DNA from: Chrysomallon squamiferum
Lineage: Eukaryota > Animalia > Mollusca
NCBI GenBank assembly: GCA_012295275.1
Contig: CM022674.1
Location: 16,926,001-16,990,000 of the forward strand
DNA length: 64,000 nucleotides
Direction: 5' to 3'
Shown: positions 41,199-52,624 of the stretch, one piece after another
How positions within the stretch are numbered: position 1 is the stretch's first letter
Layout: every line of letters begins with the position of its first letter
Program-made: the position numbers and the translations under genes
The notes under the pieces: model-generated
Databases searched by the model: none
Seen by the model: only the letters and a program-made list of their open reading frames with translations
Told to the model about the DNA's origin: nothing

Positions 41199-43196
41199 GT
41201 GCTTTGTAATCAGAAATGTTTTCGTTTCTCACTTGTGCACAGAATGCGGCCCTGTATTTCCAGAATCATGAAACACATCCATCCTCATCTCAGAGATCAC
41301 CCTTCTGTTGAGAAATACCCGGATGTACTGGGTGTGTGTAGCAATATAGTTTTCATAAACCATTGTGAAAATGAAGAAAGAAATGACGAGCTCGTAAGTC
41401 ATTTAAATGTGTTTGAAGCGGAATATATTATATCGCTCTGTGGCTATCTCTTGAAACAAGGCTATCCTCCAAAGGAAATCACATGTTATCTACGTATTCA
41501 GCTCAGGTCGTCTATCTGAAGAAGAATATGAAAGACGAAATATTTGTACTTGTCGCTGTCACAGATGTTGACAATTACCAAGGAGAGGAGAATGATATCA
41601 TACTGCTGTCTTTGGTACGCAGCAATCTGGAGGGGAGTATTGGCTTTCTGAAAACAGACAACCGAGTGTGTGCAGCTCTTTCCAGAGCTAGAATGGGACT
41701 TTACGTGATAGGAAACTTTACCCTGCTCGGTCAACAGAGTAAATTATGAAAAACCATTATTGACGATGTGAAATCGACCGACGAGCTGGGAAATTCTCTT
41801 GGTCTTTATTGTCGAAATCACGTCAAAGATGAAGGAATAAAAGCTGCGAAAGCAGAAGATTTCAGTTTGGTTCCTGAAGGAGGCTGCAGAAAGCATTGCA
41901 CGTTCAGACTCAACTGTGGTCACGTGTGTGAACTGCCGTGTCATCCAGGTGATCCGCGTCATCTCGAATACAAATGTCAGAAACCGTTTCAAAGAATTTT
42001 GTGTGAATTTCTACATAAATGTCCGCTTCTCTGTTCTGAAGATTGCAGAGAATGTGTCGCTGCCGTTACCAAGGTGATACCAGCGTGTGGACAGAAACAA
42101 GAAATTCCTTTCTCTGCCGATGCAAGTACAATCAAGTGCATGCAGCTGGTAAAGCATGTTGGTTTGTACTGCGGACACGAAATTGATGTATTTTGTCACG
42201 AACAGGACATCGCCATTTGTAATGTGAAATGCCTCACCGTTATGAAATGTGGTTATGAAATTGAAATGGTTTGTCATGAACGAGACAAAGCAGTTTGTGA
42301 TGTAAAGTGTAGCGCCGTTTTGAAATGTGGTCATATTTGTCGTGGTAGTTGTCACGAATGTGTTCAAAGTCGACTTCACGTTGCTTGCAAGGAGAAATGC
42401 AGGAAACGTCTGCTGTGTGGACACGAATGTGTCAGTGACTGTTCTACGTGTCCACTTTGTCCTCTGTCGTGTGAGAACAGCTGTGTCCATCTGTCCTGTG
42501 AAAGGTCATGTGGTGACCGCTGTACAGTGTGCCGTGAAAACTGCATCATCAGGTACAAGGAAAGGAACATTCGTAGACGATGTTGTGATGTGTGGAATAT
42601 GTAGTCGAAATCCGAGAGAAGCCAGTTAAAACGTTGTCCAAGCTGCAACGTGGCGATTAGACACAGTCGAAGATATAGAGACGTCATCACACAAACTTTA
42701 CTGGATGTGGATTATATCAAGTTTCAATTAATAAAGCAGGAAAAAATAGACTATTACTAAAGACAAAGTGAGAAGCTTCTGGCTCTTTCAATAACTGTCG
42801 TACGTTTAAAACATATTTTCGTAAGACGGGGATCAGTGAACATGAGAAAGACGTGGATCGTTTCCAGACATGGATATCAAAGCACAGAAGAATATTTACG
42901 AAGCAGGAGGAATTCGATGCAGACAATGAAACGAAAAGACTGAAACTGATAATCGATCTAAACTCAGCTTCAGACGACGCCAACGATTCCGAGAACATCA
43001 CAGACAATACAAATGATGTTACTGAAGTAATTGAATAGTTCGCTATGGATGGAAATGCCTTTACTCCAGAACGTCAAGAAATAGTTCAATCGCGGGCTCC
43101 TTTCCTTCCTGCAAGTGAAATATCTCTTCGTTACGTCTCCACAGATAAAAGCACAATTAATTTCAGTACGGAAGGATGGTGGAAATGTCAAGCAGG
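41199..43196 (+). pseudogene. ZNFX1: NFX1-type zinc finger-containing protein 1-like (UPF1-type SF1 helicase C-terminal lobe + NFX1 Zn fingers), disrupted fragment
   Basis: HRMRPCIS, NVFEAEY, TYSAQV, VDNYQGEENDIILLSLVRSN, GFLKTDNRVCAALSRAR, then PEGGCRKHC...LNCGHVC repeats, KRCPSC and GWWKC. Frameshift near 41482, premature TGA at 41747-41749, further frameshifts after 42600; helicase N-lobe absent. Confidence 0.9.
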
Positions 43197-43759
43197 CGAG
43201 AACACTGTATTTGTGTATCTCTGTTTTTAATTAAAAACGTATAGATGTCTTTGTCCAAATTTACATATTTAAAATAACGTCAAATGATATGATAATAATA
43301 TCGAAATATTTTGTATTTGTTATTAAATTATTACCTTTATATATCTCATTTTTGGCTGATTCGCATATTTCCAAATCTTACATATTTCCGTTCTATCTAA
43401 ATAATTGTATTTATTTGTTTATGTATTTACTTATTTCTCAGTTATAATTTGTTTTCTTTCTTTGTTTATATTTTTCTTTACTTCCTTATTTTATTTTCAT
43501 TTTTATAATTAATTTTGTTTCTGTTGCCTTCGACCTAGATCTAGTAACTTTTACTTTCAATGATGGTTCAGTCCCTATATCCAGCTATTCCATAGGATTA
43601 GAAATAAAAAAAAAATAAAACATTTTAAAAAGCACCATGACAGAAATTATAATTCTGGAAGCATATTTTTGTTTCAGGTCATATTTATTTTGATTATTTC
43701 GGGAAGAATGCAGAGTGCGAAATCTGTTCCAGGACAAAAAAAAAATGTGATGTCCTCCG

Positions 43760-45130
43760 AAATGACGTCCAACAGAGATGCTAACAGTAGGTCGTCAGAC
43801 AGTGAAACTAAGAAAAGGACGCCAGATAGAGATAATAAGACGTGGGTGTCAGACAGAAATACTAATAGAATGGCGAGGGACAGAGATACTGACAGAAAGT
43901 CGTCATATACAGATACACAGAGAAGGGCTTCAGATAGATATACTAACAGTAGGGCGTCAGACAGATATACTAGCAGTAGCGGATCAGACAGAGACACGTT
44001 CAGATGGACGTCAGACAGAGGTGGTAGCAGAAGGGTTTCAGATCGACATCTTGACAGCGAGGTGTCAGACAACCATACTAACAGAAAGACATCAGACAAA
44101 TGTACCAACAGATAGAGATACCAACAGACGGACGTCAGAGAGATATACTAATAGCAGGGCGACAGACACAGAGAGTAACAGAATGGCTACAGAGAGATAT
44201 ACTAATAGCAGGGCGACAGACAGAGAGTAACAGAAGGACGACAGAGAGAGATACTAATAGCAGGGCGACAGACAGAGAGAGTAACAGAAGGGCTACAGAG
44301 AGAGATACTAATAGCAGGGCGACAGACAAAGATAGTAACAGAAGGACGACAGAGAGAGATGCTAATAGAAGGGCGATAGACAAAGATAGTAACAGAAGGA
44401 CGACAGAGAGAAATGCTAATAGTAGTGCGGCAGACAAAGATAGTAACAGAAGGACGACAGAGAAAGATACTAATAGCAGTGCGGCAGACAAAGATAGTAA
44501 CAGAAGGACGACACAGAGAGATGCTAATAGCAGGGCGACAGACAAAGATAGTAACAGAAGGACGACAGAGAGAGATGCTAATAGCAGGGCGACAGACAAA
44601 GATAGTAACAGAAGGACGACACAGAGAGATGCTAATAGCAGTGCGGCAGACAAAGATAGTAACAGAAGGACGACAGAGAGAAATGCTAATAGCAGTGCGG
44701 CAGACAGAGATAGTAACAGAAGGACGACAGAGAGAGATGCTAATAGCAGAGCGGCAGACAAAGATGGTAACAGAAGGACGACAGAGGGAGGTACTAATAG
44801 CAGTGCGGCAGACAGAGATAGTAACAGAAGGACGACAGAGAGAGATGCTAATAGTAGGGCGACACACAAAGATAGTTGCTGAAGGTCGTCAGATCGATAT
44901 CCTGACAGTGAAATGTTATTCAGAACGGCATCACAGAAAGATACTAATAGAAGGGCGTCATGGGAGATATCAATAGAAGAAAGTTAGTCAGAAATAGTAA
45001 CAGATGGACGTCAGAGAAAAATATTAACAGTAGGCTCGTAGACAAAGACAGTAACACAAGGACATCAGACAAATGTACTAAAAGAAGGGCGTCAGAAGGA
45101 TTTGCCAGCAATAAGCCGTCAGATAGAGAG
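43760..45130 (+). repeat. 27-bp tandem repeat with 54-bp higher-order dimer; possibly a degenerate coding exon of 9-aa charged repeats
   Basis: Alternating ACAGACAAAGATAGTAACAGAAGGACG / ACAGAGAGAGATGCTAATAGCAGGGCG encodes TDKDSNRRT / TERDANSRA. Homogeneous in 44200-44870, diverged on both flanks; ORFs 43669..44115, 44100..44882 and 44960..45385 are broken by frameshifts. Confidence 0.85.
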
Positions 45131-45394
45131 TCTTTCATAATGGAGGCTAAAATCCCACTTTCAGATATTAAGGTGGAAAAATCACACGGAACACGTTCAG
45201 ACAGCCATTATACAAGAACGGAAAAAAACAAGTGTATTTGGAAAACAATTCGAAACAGCAATAATTCCTCAAATAATTCCAAAACATATTTAATTTACTG
45301 TCTTTGTTTTTCTTTTTCATGTTTTCTTCTTGAATTCATTACAGTTCTCATTCACGATGCCGTAAGGTGTAATATACAGCGCTAAATGTGTTTT

Positions 45395-45960
45395 GAGTGC
45401 AGTTTCCAACAAGTTCTGGTAATAGTGCCAGTTTAAAACAACTCTCCTGTCTTTTCCATCATTTCAATGCAAAACTGCTCATTAATAAATAGTTATCTCT
45501 GTGTCAAGAATTCACCTTCAGTAGGCACAGTATTCGACATTAGTAATAATATGCACTGAACTTGGTAAGAGAGATACTTGTTTAAACAGAGTTGCTCATC
45601 TATCATTTCATTGTTGTTTGATTGTAACTTTGTGTTTGTTTTGTAATTTAGTGCCTCTTCCTTACTATCAGATTTCGATGAACACATCCTGCCAATAATT
45701 AACTTTTCCTTACTGACAGATGTAAAAGGTTCATCAAACAATTCTGAAAGTAAATACTGCCCAGTGTTTCAGGTTGGTAGTTGCTTGCTTATCCTGCAAC
45801 AACTGAAAAGATGACTGGTTTTGTTGTTGTGTGGCTCAGTGCAGAAATCAGGTTGGATAGGTTGTAAAGTTTTCTTTGCTTCAGGCCTGAGTTGACATAC
45901 AAGTACTGATCTAACTGTTCTTCCTTCATCTTTGCTGATATAAAGTGAATGTCCTATATA
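45395..45960 (-). mobile_element. relic of a YqaJ/lambda-exonuclease-like protein of the type carried by animal DNA transposons
   Basis: Pieces across frames: TKPVIFSVVAG, LFDEPF...EEALNYKTNTKLQSNN, YLSYQVQC, EQFCIEMMEK, FKLALLPELVG. The catalytic SPDG/EIKC core appears deleted. Confidence 0.55.
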
Positions 45961-46474
45961 GTGTTATACTGCAACTTTGATACTGCTAATAGAAGGAGCT
46001 AGTGTGATCTCTTGCTGTTGCCTACCTTTGCCAAAGGCTCATCTACAAATAAATTATAACAAATCATCACACTATCACTCACTTGTTTGTGTATGTACAT
46101 AATTATATCTCCATCACACATATACACATGCATGCACTCTGTCTCTCTCTCATACACACACACACACACACATACATATATAAATTATTTTCATATTCTT
46201 CAATAAAGAGATAGACAGACACATAGGTATCTCAAAACAGGTATGATTATAGTGAAGTATTTCTTAGAATGAATATATATCTGTGACACATCGAAAATCT
46301 GAAACATATACACTGTAAATGTTACTTCTTAAATACAGTACAGCTGAAGTAAAATGATCTGACAAGAGATAAAAAAAAAAATTAAAATTTGTTCTGACAT
46401 ATAACATTCTATATTTTCATAATTTGTTTTCTTTAATTACAATAAACCAGTCAGTTGTGAAGATTTGAACTCAC

Positions 46475-46553
46475 ATCAGCCAGGATGTGAGGTCCGTCTA
46501 CTGTTTTACCATCATCTGCAGGTCACCAGCTGTAAAACGACAATGATCATATC

Positions 46554-46617
<64 letters not shown>

Positions 46618-46759
46618 GTATATTTAGTGTCCACTAAGAAGATAGGAACCTAAATCCCCAACTTGATAATCCACTGCTGTACCAACAAAACTAATTCATT
46701 GACAGAAGAAATTGTTTTGAAAATAATACCACATCAGACAGGAAAATAGACAAAAAAAT

Positions 46760-46828
<69 letters not shown>

Positions 46829-47862
46829 ATAATAATAAATCAGCAATAAGAAACAAAATACAAGCATGAAAAAATAATAAGACAGATACAACTTTTATTA
46901 ATTTAATAAATGTTTATGAAAATCACCTGCAGCTATAAATGTCATTAATTTGGAGGGTTTTTTTTGTTGTAAAAGCTGAAGCCTTCAGACTGTCTGTCAT
47001 TGGTCCATCGAGAACTCTCAAATCTGCTCAGAATAAAACACAAGAAATTAGTTTTAAATAAACTCTATTTAACTTTATATTTTCTTTTATTTGTTCTTGT
47101 TCTTTGTTTTTTTTATAATTGATTTATTTAATTATTCAACTAAGTTATTTATTTTTCACTGAATTTCCTATTGTCATGGCCATATTTAAATGATTACATT
47201 TAATTAATTTAAATATTTAATTCTTACCTGAAATTCCTGCCCCGTAAGCGACACCAACACCACAGACATTGTTAGCAACATCAGCAATCTCACCACCACA
47301 TCGTGTACCATGATGGTTTGTGGCTGCAACAAAATAATCAGAATAGTTTTAATTTTACAGTTCAAGCTTTTACTTTTATTCAAAACCATAATATCTATAT
47401 TCAGTAACAGATTTTAGATTTAAATTTAGGATAATATTTTATTATTTTCTAAGATGTTTTACTGCCCCAGAAAACAACTGATAATAGCAGAAATGAGGAC
47501 CTGCATCATGGTACATGATCTTAATTTGTATGGCTAATTTTCATTGTTACATTTTTTTTTTTTTTAAATATGTAAAAATATAATAAAACTATAAAGTTAA
47601 ATACAGAAACAAACTTGAAAGATGTATTAGGATGAAAATATCAAAACAAAGTATGAATAATGTAATATTGTTTATGATAATGAGATGATTATGATAATAG
47701 TGATGATGATGGAACAAGTACAAGCACTACCCAAATCAAAATGGTTTAACTCAAGGTACACAAAGTTAATAAAAATAAATTAACAGACACTCAACTCACC
47801 TTTGTGGTCACTGGGCATAGGATCAAAATCATCATCATTGACATCCCAGCTGCCGTGGAAAC
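46475..47862 (-). pseudogene. PCSK7: proprotein convertase subtilisin/kexin type 7-like, 4-exon internal fragment
   Basis: Exons 47862-47800 (GSWDVNDDDFDPMP); 47323-47228 ([30 protein letters not shown], catalytic His motif); 47023-46927 ([12 protein letters not shown]...QINDIYSC); about 46529-46475 (SW-TGA-PADDGKTVDGPHILA). RVLDGP and [10 protein letters not shown] are PC7-typical; stop replaces Gly. Confidence 0.88.
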
Positions 47863-47864
47863 CT

Positions 47865-48435
47865 ATTCCATATCCTGATTTCCTCAACATCCTATACACC
47901 TACTAACCTTTGATTTAGTTTAGAATATTAGGCTACTGGTCCAATTTCGACAACTATTATGGTATGTTATCCTTTAATGTTAATGTGGGTTCACATATCA
48001 TCCTTTGAACTCTTGTCATTAGAAGAAAAAATCACACATAATGCCATCTGTTACTTCTTCAAGAGCGAAGCTGGATAATAGCTACAGCTATTGCCACGAT
48101 CCTCTCCAAGTTTATCTGAAGTAGTTCAAATAAAGAAGGGAGATAACCAGTGAACATGAAGCTGATTCTAATACAGACCAGTGTACATAGAAGTATGTTC
48201 CGCGAGGGACACCTAACTTTCAGTTTCTAAGTCCAGTGACATGTTCTGACTGAAGAAAGACTAGGTTTGAAGTGAGGCACGCAACACATTGGTAGACTAA
48301 ATAATAAACATCTGTACTGTTACATTCAATAAAGTTATCATGAACTATATAAATAAATTAACTCCACAAGGAATGTATATAGAAATTCAAATATCATAAC
48401 GTATAAATTATGATTATCTATATCTTATGGAAACG
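47865..48435. repeat. unclassified dispersed repeat, paralogous to about 53810-54535
   Basis: Shared colinear blocks ATTCCATATCCTGATTT, TACTG(G/A)TCCAATTTCGA, CAGTGTACATA, CTAAGTCCAGT(G/A)ACATGTTCTGACTGAAG and TATGGAAACG. Confidence 0.75.
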
Positions 48436-48529
48436 TCTATACGCGTATGAGCCGTATATGGAATTGTAATGTCAGACACTGGTGACTTATCTTGTTTCTG
48501 ACCACCAAAGACAATTCTCGCCTGACCAC

Positions 48530-48960
48530 TTGACTAACACATGTGATTAGCATTATGCAGAAATCCCAACCGAAACTTCTTTGTTTCCCCATGACGACTG
48601 GAATTCCCCTGCCCTGACTGACTTTCATTAATTAACACGAAACCATAAGCAACGAACACCCTATGCTGTATTTTATATGTAAACCCGTGTTCTCTAAATA
48701 AAGGTGCAAAATAATAGGTAACCCATACTTAATATCCTGTAGTACTAACAATTGACGTAAGCCTTCGTAAGACTCAGTCCTTTGTGATGCTACCCATTTA
48801 TCAAATAATCCAGCTTTATATGCGAAATATTCTGCATAACACTGATTTTCAGGTTTCTTCAATTCACTGTACGTGAACCGGTATGCTTCTGGACGCAATT
48901 CGTATATTCGTAAGACAGCCACCTTAACCAACTTACACTGTATAGAACTGTGGTTACTCA
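48530..48960 (-). mobile_element. Ty3/Gypsy (Gmr1-like) LTR retrotransposon gag relic with SCAN-like capsid segment
   Basis: VKVAVLRIYELRPEAYR...KKPENQCYAE...KAGLFDKWVASQRTESYEGLRQLLVLQDIKYGLP, followed by a decayed Zn-knuckle-like stretch. No pol or LTR seen. Confidence 0.8.
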
Positions 48961-49124
48961 GATATTTAATTACATGCCAACAATATCCAGTTTCTTTCAC
49001 ACCAGTCGAAATAATCTATTTTCACTCGTTCAAGGTAAAACAAAAACCAGGTTACTGACATAAAATATCAGTTAATTATTTGTTAAATATATATTACAAA
49101 CAAATGTTTGTATGTGTATGCTTG

Positions 49125-49308
<184 letters not shown>

Positions 49309-49687
49309 CCTCTCTCTCTCTTTCTAATGCTCTTTGCGCTCTAACAAATTGTAATTATTTTGTCCACAGCGATTATGTATTAAACAGAATACAACTGTCA
49401 CCGTCGCACATAGCTTATATAATTCTTAAGTGTTACATAAGAAAATGGAGAATGTCGTCTCCGTCACAATATGTTTTTAACCATTTCTTTACATTTTCTT
49501 ATTATGATATAAACCATGATGTCGTTATACATGGAAAATACATGATATACAATAGCAGACACGAGAACCTGATTAACATGTCTTCAGATTTGTTTTGTTA
49601 CATCTCCTAGATTGCCCACATTTCGTCTGTTCATTAAATATGTTGTTGTCATTATTTTTTTTCTAATTCTATATCTCACTACTTACA

Positions 49688-52624
49688 GTGACTCAAACAG
49701 CTGATTCCCACATCTTGACTATGACTACAGTTGTTTTCACCCCAAGTAGATAATGAACAATAGTTTACACGTTCTTCATCTCCCTTACAGTCGAGTCCAT
49801 CAAGCCAAATACATACATACGAGTGTGTTTTCTTGTGTGTGTGCCATCAGGTGTGTGTGTGTTTGTGTGTGTGCGTGTGTATGTTTACATTTATACTTGT
49901 AGATGACAACTGAAATTGTGATAGTGATAATTTGACCACTTTTCAGAATTTCATTTGTATTGTGAAACGGTCCGGCTCCAAATTAATTTTGTCTTTATAG
50001 ATCTACGTAATTATTATGACTGTCACACTAAGTGGTTATTCCATTTTTCATTATACATTTAATGCTAAATGTTCTGTCTTTAATTTAAGTACACTTTATA
50101 ATAATACAATATGTTATATACATCAACAAATTCAACAACAACATAATTAACAAAAATAACAAACCTTGTTGCAAGCAGCTGATTCCCAAATCCTGTTTGT
50201 GACTATAGTTCTTTTTACCCCAGTCATAAAAAGAACAGTGATTCATTCCATTGTCATCTTTAACACAGCTAACATCATCAACCCACACTGGTCCTGTTCC
50301 TTCTCCAAAGTGAGCATTCTTATACGTCTTTGCGTTGAATCTAGGATTTAAAAAAACACAACTGAGTTATCTGATCTTGGTTAATACAAATATTGATCGA
50401 AGTGTACTACGGGGAAAATTAAAACGCAAATCGTAATTTCCAATTTTAATGTACTTTGTATGTCTGAAATTTAAACGTGCTGATATTTTATTACTGTTTA
50501 TAAATGAACCAGTTTAACTGAAGGTAAAACATTCTTACTGACTGAATCCTAAAAGAGTACAGATAAAGCCTGCGTCTTTGTCGTCAAATTTGACACCACA
50601 GACAGTTCCCTATGTATCGTGAAGTTTGATCTCAACTCGACCCTGTGTTGAAATACCTGCACTATTGACTAGTCTGATAGACACTGATATTAAAGGATGA
50701 CACATTTCCTTTTAGGGTTCGCAAACTGACAGAAAGTACTGCTTATACAGACAACTGTTTTTTGTTGTTGTTTTCTTTTTCTCTTTTTTTCCGACACATT
50801 TTTCCTTGAACAAAACAAATAATGTACGCGTTGCTCTGCCGTTCTTCTTTTTATTTATTTTTTTTATTTTCCCGGTTTTCTTTATTTTGTAATATTTTGT
50901 TACTATTGTTGTTATTATTATTTGTATTATTGTTATTATTATTATTGTTGTTGTTGTTGTTGTTGATGATGATGCTGTTGTTATTGTTGTTTTAATTATA
51001 TTTATTATTATAGTAATAAAACTAATACGAACTAGAACCTCAGAAACAGCAACAACACAATAGGAAATAATGTTTTGAGTTAAACGTTAATAAGACTGTA
51101 ACATGATAACCGAGTAAAAATAATTTTGTTGATTTTCTATTTCAGACATTTCAGTAATTTACCATTAAATTAATTGGCGAAATTATGCATTGAAGCAGAG
51201 TCAATACAATTTGTATGAAAATAATTTCCTCAGTAATTTATTATTTTTCCACATTCAAAGATAATGTAGCATGAACATAATACATCACAAAATTGGCTGT
51301 ATAATTCGATTTCAATTCTCGTCATTATGTCATTTGATACATTTCTAATACGTTTTGATAATGTATGGTCTCTTTCAAATTCTAAATATTAATGCAAAGC
51401 AACACAAATACAGCAAATATTGCACTTCTATGTAACGAACCTTGACAACGTGTCTCAACATCGGAACTGTGAATACATTGATTGTTTCTCCAAGCAAGAA
51501 AACTACACAATTCAACAGATGTTTCATTTCCTTCACACTGAAGACTTTCTAACCATATTTGATCTGTACCTTCTCCAAAGTATGGTGGATAATTTGTAAA
51601 AACCACGCCTCCGTCACTGAAATATATATAATAAATCATGATACATTGCTGATCATCTATTAAAGTAAGCATTTTAACCAAATTTAATTCCCATAGTTTT
51701 ATTTTAGAATCAGGCTATAATGAAACGAGTCTCTGTTAGAGAATGAAGAATGGAATCTATCTTATTAAGTTATTTTATTGGAATGGTATTTATTTAAAGC
51801 AAAATAATGAGAAAAGAAATAAGTATTCTTGTCTGTGAGAACTTAACAAAGTAGGATTTTTTTTCTTCTTTCTTCAATTTGATCTCGTCTGAAGCGATAG
51901 CGGGAATAACGGAAACTGTTTCATCTTTTATAATCATAAAAAAGCCAAAGGTTTTAATGCTAACCTCTTAACTAGCAAGAAACCTGCCCATCAATCATTT
52001 TGTTTCTTAACTGAAAATATGTTTTCGAGTATGGTTTACATAAGAATCGGACTCACAAAATAATAAAGTAATAGAGAATAAGCTAGTTTTGATTACTCTA
52101 ATATCTGGAGATATCAATCAGGTTGACTGTGCGATAACTGTATTTTTGAAAGAGGAAAATTTACATTAAAAACTTCTCATTATCTTAAACCAAGCGGTTA
52201 GTTGATAGATAAATGTTAACAGTTATACAGTAACATCGACTTCGGACACAAAATGTCATCACTGAACAGAGAACAGCAGCATTTCTCGTGTCAAAACGTT
52301 CATCACAGATTATCAAAAATATCAAAAGTTATATAGTAATACACACCGATCAAATGGCTGATTAATATAATAATAGTAGTAGTAGTTGTTGTTGTTGTTG
52401 TAGCAGCAGCAACAGCAGCAGTAGTCAATAATACGTTCGTAGAACGGAATATTTCACAAAAATAGGTGTGTTTTTTTTCCGACTAAATCACATCATTGAA
52501 CACAGAACACCAGCATCTCTTGTGTCAAAACCAGATCTACAAATTGTTCTCCACGTCCCGTTTACTTGAATCTCAACTCGACCTTGTGTTGGTTTTCCTC
52601 TTCCATTCACTAAGCATACTGGGA
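49688..52624 (-). pseudogene. degenerate SRCR (DMBT1-like) half-domain exons
   Basis: 52624-52480 (QGRVEIQVNGTWRTIC...MM-TGA); about 52310-52255 fragment; 51617-51441 (FGEGTDQIWLESLQCEGNE); about 50685-50539 (W>TAG); about 50340-50165 (GEGTGPVWVDDVSC); about 49815-49688 (IWLDGLDCKGDE, 5' truncated). Confidence 0.85.
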
